Under the pieces are notes generated by a model. It searched no databases. It saw nothing but the letters and a program-made list of their open reading frames with translations, and had not been told where the DNA came from. Shown here piece after piece: positions 50,774 through 59,313 of a stretch of DNA of 64,000 nt (the first letter of the stretch is position 1; each line of letters begins with the position of its first letter). The stretch comes from Anaerolineae bacterium. Lineage in GTDB: Bacteria > Chloroflexota > Anaerolineae > UBA1429. The stretch is from assembly GCA_963675785.1 (NCBI GenBank), contig OY776562.1, forward strand, positions 128,001 to 192,000. Reading direction: 5' to 3'. Made by a program: the position numbers and the translations under genes.

Positions 50774-52177
50774 ATGCTAGAACGTTCTAGCGTAAGGTAT
50801 GTCATCACGTTGCACATACTCGATGTGGTACTCACATTGATTGCCCTGCCTTTGGCTAGGGCATTGCGTCTAGCTGTTCCTCTAGGGCGTCCCATCGAGG
50901 TAGTTGGTTCATCGCTGCCCTGGCCCATCTTTGTGCTGGCGGCGTTAACCTGGATGGTGGTGTTAAGCAGCAGTCATCTGTACGAGCCGGCACGCCTTGA
51001 GAAACCTTCTGTAGAATTTCAATCGCTAGTAGCTGGTACGGCTGTGGCTATGTTGGTATTCGCAGGTCTGCTGTATTTCAGTTATCGCGGTCTATCACGA
51101 TTGCTGTACGTCTATTTTTACCTCGTCGATGTGGCTTTATGCGGCGGCGCGCGGCTTGTTCTCCGACATCTGATGGATTCTCATCGGAATGGCCTAGTTC
51201 GTGTTGTCATTGCTGGGGCTGGAGAAACCGGACAGCAAGTCGCCCGAGCACTTGTGGCCAAAGCATGGATGGGGTTGGAGGTTACGGGTTTTTTAGATGA
51301 CCGACTGTATCCGGGAGAGGCCTTGGGTTTGCCCATATTGGGGACTTTGGATGATGCTTCCGAGATCATGAAAAGTCATGGTATCCAAGAGCTTGTGGTG
51401 GCTTTGCCCATGACAGCGCACCACCGACTTTCAGAGCTTGTTGAATCTTTGAGCGACCTTGGTGTGAATATCAAGGCAGTGCCAGATTATTCTGATGTGG
51501 TGTTTTTGCGCACCACAGTCGAGGATTTGGGCGGATTGTTCCTTATTGGTCTCAGAGAGCCGGTCCTACAGCCAGTAGACCGCATTGTTAAGCGGATGTT
51601 CGATATCATTGTGTCGATTCTGGGTCTCCTCATTCTTTCCCCCCTTTTTCTCGCTCTGGCTTTGGCCGTCAAGCTAACTTCTCCAGGCCCTGTCCTTTAC
51701 AAGAGTATGCGCGTTGGTGAAGGCGGGGAGATTTTTGATATGCTCAAATTTCGTACGATGGTGCAGGGAGCAGACAAGTATGAAGAGGAGTTGGTCACAG
51801 AGGACGATCAGGGCCGGCTTCTTTTTGAGAAGCGAGCTGATGACCCACGCATTACTAGCGTGGGGAGATTCTTGAGACGGTTCAGTCTTGACGAGTTGCC
51901 GCAATTGTGGAACGTGTTCATTGGGCAGATGAGCCTGGTGGGGCCACGTCCTGAGCTTCCTTCGCTTGTGGCGCATTACGAATCGTGGCAGCGCAAGCGC
52001 TTTGCTGTTCCTCAAGGCATTACGGGGTGGTGGCAGGTTTCTGGCCGATCCGATAAACCCAAGTATCTGCACGTGGAAGACGATCTCTACTACATCCGTA
52101 ACTATTCGCTATGGCTCGATGTGCAGATTATCTTGCGGACGTTTGGCGCCGTGCTGAAACGGGATGGCGCCTATTAG
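50774..52177 (+). CDS. Undecaprenyl-phosphate glycosylphosphotransferase (WcaJ/WbaP family)
   Basis: N-terminal TM helices, Rossmann-like IAGAGETG, KRMFDI, KFRTM, DPRIT.VG.FLR..SLDELPQ, MSLVGPRPE, GITGWWQV.GR. Confidence 0.95.
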   Translation: MLERSSVRYVITLHILDVVLTLIALPLARALRLAVPLGRPIEVVGSSLPWPIFVLAALTWMVVLSSSHLYEPARLEKPSVEFQSLVAGTAVAMLVFAGLLYFSYRGLSRLLYVYFYLVDVALCGGARLVLRHLMDSHRNGLVRVVIAGAGETGQQVARALVAKAWMGLEVTGFLDDRLYPGEALGLPILGTLDDASEIMKSHGIQELVVALPMTAHHRLSELVESLSDLGVNIKAVPDYSDVVFLRTTVEDLGGLFLIGLREPVLQPVDRIVKRMFDIIVSILGLLILSPLFLALALAVKLTSPGPVLYKSMRVGEGGEIFDMLKFRTMVQGADKYEEELVTEDDQGRLLFEKRADDPRITSVGRFLRRFSLDELPQLWNVFIGQMSLVGPRPELPSLVAHYESWQRKRFAVPQGITGWWQVSGRSDKPKYLHVEDDLYYIRNYSLWLDVQIILRTFGAVLKRDGAY

Positions 52178-52204
52178 TGTCTTTCATTCCCATGCCAATC
52201 TTGC

Positions 52205-52234
52205 TACGCCCGCATTACGCGGGCGTATGTTTTT
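52205..52234 (+). terminator. Intrinsic terminator
   Basis: TACGCCCGC-ATTAC-GCGGGCGTA followed by TGTTTTT. Confidence 0.8.
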
Positions 52235-52251
52235 GTGGGATGAATAACTGA

Positions 52252-53700
52252 TCATTCTGATCTCGCACTGGAGAGCTCTGACCTGTCACAGAGCGCTATA
52301 TAAGGCGCATCGGGTCTTATAATCTGCAGGGCTATTTCGAGGGGCAGCTCGGCTACTGAGGAATCGAGACTTTCTCTTTCGACGATTTGCCGGGCATACC
52401 AGTCTTGGTTCCAAAGATCGGCGTCGATGAGCAGAACGTCCTGTCGCAACTGTAGGCTTTGCTGCGCATACGCTATGGCAAAAGTATGACGATCATCGCA
52501 AGTTATCAGAATCGCATCTGTAGGAGTGGTTTCTAGGACGCTCGTATACCATTCGATGGCTTCTGTGTCCTTTGATACATCGACCTGTTGATAGTTTCGG
52601 GCAATGTTGAGAATGGGCAAAGTCAGAAGGCAAATTACAGCGATTGCCCTTGAATTTTCCAGTAACCACGCTATGATTTGCCGCAACCCCCAAGCGATCC
52701 AGATGCTTTCTAGGATAAAGGCTGGCAATAGGTAGACGAACGAGTCGCTGGTGTTGTAGCCAATAGCAAAGATGGACAGTGCCAATAAACTGGTGCCAGT
52801 TGCGATAAGGAGTCTCGGTTTTGTGTGTGCTAGATGTTGAAAGCCGAGAATTGCCAAGGCAGTGCCGCCAATGCCGTACTGTTCAAGCTGCACGCTGGTA
52901 AATGCGCGCAGCCGATCTAGAAGATTAGCTGCAGGAAGAGCAAAGGCAAGGTCCTGATAGGCAGCTCCGCTGACTAGCCACCCAAAACCTTGCAATGTAG
53001 AAGCATTTCCCCAGTTGGTAGAAGGGTGGTTTGCCGCGGCGATGGGCAAATAGGCCAGCGGAACAAGGCCGATGAGAACGCCTAGAATCGCATTCCTGCA
53101 CCTTGCACGGGAGCAATGCGGCCAAATGATGATCAAAACGGCCGGGACCAGCAATAGCATGGTGGGGTGGCTGAGGAGGGCAAGCATCTGCCATAATCCC
53201 AGTTTGAACCAGCCCGAATCGTTGTGGTGCTCAGTGAGCAGAGCTTGCCGAATTGCTAGGACGGCAAACAGATTAGCCAGGGCATAAACTTCGGTAATGA
53301 TTGCCTGAGACCACCAAAGCGCTGCTGTGCCGGCGGCAATAGCTACAATTGCTGAAATAGCTTTTGCCAGTGGCTTTTCCTGCTGGGGTAGGCAGAGTCT
53401 TATCAAGTCGCACAAAAAAAAGATGGTTATGGCACTGACGATGGCGGAATAAAGATTCATTCTCCAGGCCGGATCATTCAGCGGAATGACAAGAAAAGGT
53501 TGAGCCAGCAGCGTGTAAAGGGGGTATCCCGGGGGATGGGGGATGCCAAGCGTGGAGGCTGCTGCAATGAGATCGCCTCCATCTGCGCTGTTATGTGACC
53601 AGGTGAGGCCGGGGGCCATTGTTAACAGATATAGCCCCAAACAGATGGTCGCACTTGATAGAGGGAACAACCAACGCCGAGTATACGTTTTACCTTTCAT
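52252..53700 (-). CDS. DUF2723 / TMEM260-like GT-C membrane glycosyltransferase
   Basis: APGLTW...DGGDL..A..TLGIPHPPGYPLY, WSQAIITEVY, YLPI, NWGN. Confidence 0.85.
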   Translation of the reverse strand: MKGKTYTRRWLFPLSSATICLGLYLLTMAPGLTWSHNSADGGDLIAAASTLGIPHPPGYPLYTLLAQPFLVIPLNDPAWRMNLYSAIVSAITIFFLCDLIRLCLPQQEKPLAKAISAIVAIAAGTAALWWSQAIITEVYALANLFAVLAIRQALLTEHHNDSGWFKLGLWQMLALLSHPTMLLLVPAVLIIIWPHCSRARCRNAILGVLIGLVPLAYLPIAAANHPSTNWGNASTLQGFGWLVSGAAYQDLAFALPAANLLDRLRAFTSVQLEQYGIGGTALAILGFQHLAHTKPRLLIATGTSLLALSIFAIGYNTSDSFVYLLPAFILESIWIAWGLRQIIAWLLENSRAIAVICLLTLPILNIARNYQQVDVSKDTEAIEWYTSVLETTPTDAILITCDDRHTFAIAYAQQSLQLRQDVLLIDADLWNQDWYARQIVERESLDSSVAELPLEIALQIIRPDAPYIALCDRSELSSARSE

Positions 53701-53790
53701 GCAGGCATTATAATGCGCCGAATCACGGCTACATAATTACTTGCGTTGACTTTTAATTTCTTTATCTGGGGTGGTATAATAGCGAACGTT

Positions 53791-55178
53791 ATGGTCGAGT
53801 ATATTTCCGAGCAATCTACAGTGAATAATGAGGACACGCGCACCGTTTCATTGGGGCACGTGTTGCTCTATATTGCCATGATCTTTGTTATTAGCGGCGC
53901 GCTGGTAAGCGGCGGCTATTTTTTTGTTACCGTTCGTGAATTCATCGCCCAAACGACTTTGCCCATTCTCACTACGGTTGATCCTTCTACGAATGCCAGT
54001 GTTGTTGAAGAGATACTGGCCAGGATTTGCCCGATATCACGTTGGGTACAGGGCGCATCAACTTTCTTTTATTAGGTATTGATCAACGTGAGGATGAGGT
54101 GGGGCAACCAACCCGCACCGATACCATGATTATCCTCTCGCTCGATCTCGAGACGATGACAGCCTCTATGCTATCGATCCCTCGCGATCTTTGGGTCACC
54201 ATTCCCGGGTATGGCGAGAATCGTATCAATGTGGCCCATTACTATGGGGATTATTATGACTATCCCGGTGGTGGGCCTGCTCTGGCCATGAAGACGGTGT
54301 CTCAAAACTTTGGCATTACGATTCATCATTATGTGCGCATCGATTTTAGTGGGTTCGAGACACTCATCAATGCAATAGGCGGCGTTGACATCGATGTGCC
54401 AGAGGCTATCTATGACTCCTCCTATCCGGACGACAATTACGGTACGATTGTACTGAATATCCCCGCCGGTCCTCAGCATATGGACGGCGAATTGGCCCTG
54501 CAATACGCCCGCACGCGGCACAGCACGAGCGATTTTGACCGTATGGATCGCCAACAGCAGCTCATTTTGGCTGTGCGTGACCAAGTGCTGGAAGAAGGCG
54601 TGCCGATCACACGCATTCCTGCCATTCTGTCGGCTTTGGGCGATTCAGTACAAACCGACCTGACCCTCCAGGAGATTCTGACGCTTGCCAAGTTGGCTGT
54701 TAACTTTGACCTGAACTCGATAAACCGTGGTGTGATTGATGCGACTATGACGACGACAACCTTCACCCCCGGTGGTGCCCAAGTCGAGGTGCCTCGCTGG
54801 GAATTGATTCGCGCAATGGTGGAAGAGTTATTCCCGACAGATACTGATACGTCGAGTGACGATGCCATTGAGCAAGCCAGTATCGTCACAGAGGGCGCGC
54901 GTATCGAGATACGGAATGGCACACTTGTGGACGGTCTGGCCGAGGAAGCAACAACGTTGTTGCGAGATTCAGGCTACAATGTCGTTCACTATGAGAACGC
55001 CGATCGCTTTGATTATGCTGAAACGCTCATTGTTAGCCGTGGCACCACACCTGTGACCGTACAGGCTGTTGCGGATGAATTAGGTGTGCCTTCAGAAAAC
55101 ATCCTCTCTGATTCTGTCCTCACGTACGAAACGGACATTCTTGTCATCCTCGGTCGAGACCTTGTAACGACGCAATAG
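53791..55178 (+). CDS. LCP-family glycopolymer transferase with LytR_C domain; apparent frameshift near 54010
   Basis: TM anchor lies in ORF 53746-54075; catalytic motifs LLGID, RTDTMI, SIPRD, YARTR, DFDR..RQQ lie in ORF 54027-55178. One added base in GAAGAGATACT joins them. Confidence 0.88.
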
Positions 55179-55213
55179 CTAGCGAGACACAATCATTTGC
55201 ACTTTGCCTTGTC

Positions 55214-55241
55214 TTGACATGTAAGCCCTCCGTGCTATACT
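55214..55241 (+). promoter_or_regulatory. Sigma70-type promoter of the hydrogenase cluster
   Basis: TTGACA-N16-TATACT with TG extension. Confidence 0.6.
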
Positions 55242-55302
55242 GCACAAAGTGTCTGCTTGTAGTGCCTGTAACCACGTAGGCTGTCCTTCTAGGCGGAAAA
55301 GA

Positions 55303-55689
55303 ATGAAGCTCCGCGATGTGATAGATCTTCTTGAATGTAGGATTATTTCCGGGCAAGAGCTCCTTGAGCGCCCAGTTAAGATGGCATGTGGCGCCGATTT
55401 AATGAGCGACGTGCTCGCCTTTACGCATAGTGGTACGCTACTCCTCACAGGATTAACAAACCCGCAAGTCGTTCGGACGGCCGAGATGGCCGGCATTGAT
55501 GCGATTGTGTTTGTGCGGGGCAAAATACCGCCTCCTGCTACGATTGCTCTTGCGCAGGAGGATGAGATTCCTCTTCTCGCCACTCTCTGCACGCTCTATG
55601 AAGCGAGTGGACGTTTGTATGGCGCTGGCATACCGAGTTGTGGCACGTTTGATCTCTCGCGGCAAACGTGGCAATCAGATTCTGATTGA
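55303..55689 (+). CDS. Stand-alone DRTGG-domain protein
   Basis: CGADLMSDVLAF, LLLTGL.N.QVVRTAE, VFVRGK. Confidence 0.9.
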   Translation: MKLRDVIDLLECRIISGQELLERPVKMACGADLMSDVLAFTHSGTLLLTGLTNPQVVRTAEMAGIDAIVFVRGKIPPPATIALAQEDEIPLLATLCTLYEASGRLYGAGIPSCGTFDLSRQTWQSDSD

Positions 55690-55720
55690 TTGAAGGGTAG
55701 CAATTGTTGCGGAGTCAGAT

Positions 55721-56635
55721 ATGAAGGCCAATGCCACCGAGGTTACTCGCCGTCAAGAGTTGATATACGAGCTCAAGATCGAGCAGGTGATGGTGCGCGA
55801 GGTCATTTCGGTCTCGCCGGATGCTACTATCGCTGAACTCAAGGAGTTGCTTCGGTCGCGTCGGGTCTCTGGCGTTCCGGTGATTGAGGGCACCAGGCTC
55901 GTGGGCATGATCAGCATTGAGAATCTGATCAGGGCTCTTGAGCAGGGTAAGACGCAGGCGCTGGTGCGTGATTTTATGACTCGGAACGTGCAAGCTGTGA
56001 AAAGTGCCGATTCTGTTGTAAGTGCTGTCAACATGTTTGCTCATTTTGGCTATGGGCGATTTCCTGTTGTTGACGACAACGATAATCTCGTTGGTATCTT
56101 GACCAAAGGTGATATCGTCCGCGGTCTGTTGCGTCAGATGGAAGTTGAATGGCATGCTGAAGAAATTCAGACCTATCGGGCAAGCCATATCTTTGAAGAT
56201 ATCGAATCTGACGATACGAGTTTGTTCTTGCGTTATAACGTTGCCAGCGGCGATTTTGTACATGGTGGTGCAGCGTCAAGTAAGATTAAAAAGGCTCTCG
56301 AAAGATTGGGTGCTGATCCCCGGGTGATACGCCGTGTGGCTGTGGCAACCTATGAGGCGGAGACGAACATCATCATCCATAGTCATGGTGGAGAGATTAC
56401 GGCGGAGATAAACCCTCACCTCATCCGGATTGTGGCTGTGGATACTGGCCCGGGTATTGATGATGTTGAAAAGGCAATGACCGCTGGTTATTCTACGGCG
56501 CCTGACTGGATTCGAGAAATGGGTTTTGGCGCTGGGATGGGACTTGCAAATATCAAGGCTTGTGCGGACGAAATGAAGCTAGAGTCGGTGCCCGGCGAAT
56601 TCACCCGTTTGGAACTGACTTTTTCTTTGGAATGA
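55721..56635 (+). CDS. CBS-pair / RsbT-like anti-sigma-type Ser/Thr kinase fusion
   Basis: Two CBS domains (VSGVPV...LVGMIS; GRFPVVD...LVGILT) then HATPase: YEAETNIIIH, DTGPGI, GYST, GAGMGLAN. Confidence 0.88.
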   Translation: MKANATEVTRRQELIYELKIEQVMVREVISVSPDATIAELKELLRSRRVSGVPVIEGTRLVGMISIENLIRALEQGKTQALVRDFMTRNVQAVKSADSVVSAVNMFAHFGYGRFPVVDDNDNLVGILTKGDIVRGLLRQMEVEWHAEEIQTYRASHIFEDIESDDTSLFLRYNVASGDFVHGGAASSKIKKALERLGADPRVIRRVAVATYEAETNIIIHSHGGEITAEINPHLIRIVAVDTGPGIDDVEKAMTAGYSTAPDWIREMGFGAGMGLANIKACADEMKLESVPGEFTRLELTFSLE

Positions 56636-56644
56636 GGTTTTGCT

Positions 56645-57001
56645 ATGGCAGCGTCTCTAACTGTGTCCGATCTTGTTCACGCTTTGAACGCCAGTGTTGT
56701 GGCGGGGACCAATTCCCTTGACAGGCCTGTCAGCGGGGGGTATGTATCCGATCTGCTGAGTTGTGTTATGGCGGGGGCAGTACAGGGGAATGCCTGGGTT
56801 ACTCTGCAAGCTCATCTGAACGTTGTTGCTGTGGCCAGTCTGCTTGAGCTCGCTTGCGTCATCATTACTGAAGGCGCCACACCTGATGAGGCGATGATCA
56901 AAAAAGCAGATGAAGAGCACATACCGCTCTTGTTAATACCCTGCCGTTCTTTTGCTGCAGTCAAGACGTTGGTAGAACTGGGTGTCGAGAGCACGCCGTG
57001 A
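56645..57001 (+). CDS. Second stand-alone DRTGG-domain protein
   Basis: GGYVSDLLSCVM, WVTLQAHLNVVAVA, IITEG. Confidence 0.88.
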   Translation: MAASLTVSDLVHALNASVVAGTNSLDRPVSGGYVSDLLSCVMAGAVQGNAWVTLQAHLNVVAVASLLELACVIITEGATPDEAMIKKADEEHIPLLLIPCRSFAAVKTLVELGVESTP

Positions 57002-57759
57002 GCTTAGTCAGTGACCAGGCGTACAGGTGGTATTGTTCTGAGCTACATGTGCACAGTGTTCTATCGCCCTGCGCCGAGATCGAGATGCTGCCGCCTTTGG
57101 TCATTGAGCGGGCGCTGCAACTCGGCCTTGATATTATTGCTATCACCGATCACAACGCCAGTGAGAATGTGCCTGCTTTTCAGCGCGCTGCTTGGGGGAC
57201 TGGAATCACTATAATCCCGGGTATGGAAGTACAGACGCGCGAAGAAGTTCATGTGATTTGCTTGTTCGATACGCTGGAGCAGATGACAGTGTGGCAGTGT
57301 GCGGTAAACGAGGCTCTGCCGGGACTCAAGAATCGCCCCGAATACTTTGGCGAGCAATTACGCGTCAATGCAGAGGGTGAGATTCTCAAACGCGATGAGC
57401 GTTTGCTCATTACATCGGTTTCTTTGGGCTTGCAGGATGTCGTGCAACAAGTGCGGGCTCTGGAGGGGCTTGCCATTCCTGCCCACATAGATCGTCGGGC
57501 TTTTGGTTTGCTAGGCAGCCTGGGTATGGTGCCGGAGGGACTCCCTCTGGAGGCTCTTGAGATATCACGGCATTTGACGTGTGAAGCTGCTACTGAGCGC
57601 TATCCATCACTGCACAATTTTCCGTTATTGCGCTCTGGTGATGCTCATCGTCTGTCCGAGATGACCACTCTGACATCCTTTTACATGGCAGCCCCATCTG
57701 TGGCAGAGATGCGTTTAGCGCTGCAAGGCATAGACGGACGAAAGATTGTTGTGCGATAA
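56998..57759 (+). CDS. PHP-domain phosphoesterase
   Basis: ELHVHSVLSPC, AITDHN, GME, EEVH, PAHIDR, SGDAH. Confidence 0.9.
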   Translation: MSLVSDQAYRWYCSELHVHSVLSPCAEIEMLPPLVIERALQLGLDIIAITDHNASENVPAFQRAAWGTGITIIPGMEVQTREEVHVICLFDTLEQMTVWQCAVNEALPGLKNRPEYFGEQLRVNAEGEILKRDERLLITSVSLGLQDVVQQVRALEGLAIPAHIDRRAFGLLGSLGMVPEGLPLEALEISRHLTCEAATERYPSLHNFPLLRSGDAHRLSEMTTLTSFYMAAPSVAEMRLALQGIDGRKIVVR

Positions 57760-57803
57760 CATCGATCTGTATGCAACAAGAGAATGGCTAGGGAGGAACC
57801 AAC

Positions 57804-58292
57804 GTGGTTGAACAGACAACCGTAGTGCCCGAGGAGGCTATTGATTTCGCGCCCCTCGACAAGATTTTGGATGAGTTCGCTTCTATTAAGGGAGCTATCA
57901 TTCCCGTCTTGCAGCAGACGCAAGAAGTTTATGGCTTTCTTCCCGCAGAGGCGCTCACCTATATTGCAGAACGCATGCGCGTGCCCGTTAGCCAGGTATA
58001 TGGCGTAGCGACATTCTACGCTCAATTCTATCTTGAGAAGCGCGGGCGCCACATCGTCAAGATTTGTGACGGAACGGCCTGTCATGTCAAGGGCGCTGGT
58101 GAGATCGTCAAAGTTCTGGAAGAGGATCTCAAGATCAAGGCTGGCGAGACCACGCCTGACTATCGCGTCACGCTTGAGGTTGTTTACTGTCTTGGTTCTT
58201 GTGGCCTGGCGCCTGTAGCCGTGGTTGATGATGAAGTGGTTGGCCGCCTTGTGCCTGAAAAGGCCCGCAAGATTGTGAGCGAACTAGACTAG
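57804..58292 (+). CDS. NuoE-like [2Fe-2S] subunit (HydC/HoxE type)
   Basis: VATFY, CDGTAC, CLGSC, APV. Confidence 0.93.
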   Translation: MVEQTTVVPEEAIDFAPLDKILDEFASIKGAIIPVLQQTQEVYGFLPAEALTYIAERMRVPVSQVYGVATFYAQFYLEKRGRHIVKICDGTACHVKGAGEIVKVLEEDLKIKAGETTPDYRVTLEVVYCLGSCGLAPVAVVDDEVVGRLVPEKARKIVSELD

Positions 58293-58846
58293 TGCGAGAG
58301 CTTTCATTGCACATTCTTGACATTCTGGAGAATGCGCTGGAAGCAGGGGCGACCCTGGTTAACCTTGATATCGAGGAAAACAGCGCGGCTAATTTGTTGT
58401 CCTTTGAAATCAGTGACAACGGTCGCGGGATGGACGCCAAGACACTCGAGCAAGTACAGGATCCATTCTTTACAACACGCAAGACAAGGCGCGTAGGTCT
58501 GGGGATTCCTCTGCTGAGGGCGGCTGCTGAGCGCTGTGGCGGAGAGCTAGAGATTCAATCGCAAGTAAGTTTGGGAACTCGCGTGCATGTCACTTTTGAG
58601 CTGAACAATATTGATCGTGCACCGCTTGGTGATATGTTTGGAACCTTGATGGGGTTCGTTGTCTCATCATCCAATTGCGATCTAGTTTACCATCATCAGG
58701 TGGATGATCGATGCTTTGAGTTTAACACGCGGGAAATCCGCGGCGCGATTGGTGAGCGATCACTAGCAGAACCGTGCGTACGCAGTTGGTTGCGCGCTTT
58801 TATTGCAGAGGGGCTTTCAGAGCTATACGGCAAGTCACAGGAGTAA
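58292..58846 (+). CDS. Stand-alone GHKL/HATPase_c protein
   Basis: ELSLHILDILENA, DNGRGM, DPFFTTR..R.VGLGIP, HID-like NIDRAPLGD; no separate HisKA domain evident. Confidence 0.85.
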   Translation: MRELSLHILDILENALEAGATLVNLDIEENSAANLLSFEISDNGRGMDAKTLEQVQDPFFTTRKTRRVGLGIPLLRAAAERCGGELEIQSQVSLGTRVHVTFELNNIDRAPLGDMFGTLMGFVVSSSNCDLVYHHQVDDRCFEFNTREIRGAIGERSLAEPCVRSWLRAFIAEGLSELYGKSQE

Positions 58847-58850
58847 GGAA

Positions 58851-59225
58851 ATGCCAAAGGTCGGGTCAGTAGCAGATCTCCAAATACTGCGAGAGCAGCT
58901 GCAAAAAGATTTTTCACGTCGTACGGATACAAACACGGTTATTACCGTAGGTATGGGAACTTGCGGCATCGCTGCTGGCGCTCGTGATACGATGCAAGCC
59001 ATTTTGGAAGAGCTCGATAAGCGTGATATTACAGCTCATGTCCAAACGGTTGGCTGCATCGGTATGTGCTCCAGAGAGCCGCTGGTGGATATAGAACAGG
59101 CTGGCAAGCCGCGCATTTCGTACGGCAATATCACTCGAGATCGTGTGCCCCAACTAATCGAAGAACACCTGATCAAGGGTCAGGTGGTTGAAGAATGGGT
59201 TGTTGGCAAACTTCAACGAGACTAG
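58851..59225 (+). CDS. Thioredoxin-like ferredoxin subunit (HydD/HndB type)
   Basis: VGMGTCGIAAGA, VGCIGMCSREP, YGN. Confidence 0.9.
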   Translation: MPKVGSVADLQILREQLQKDFSRRTDTNTVITVGMGTCGIAAGARDTMQAILEELDKRDITAHVQTVGCIGMCSREPLVDIEQAGKPRISYGNITRDRVPQLIEEHLIKGQVVEEWVVGKLQRD

Positions 59226-59313
59226 TCGGGAACGCTGTTGAGGCCCTTGGTACAGATTAGCACGGGGCCGCATATTATTGGAGCTATCGCAAGGATTCCA
59301 GGGAGGACACGTC

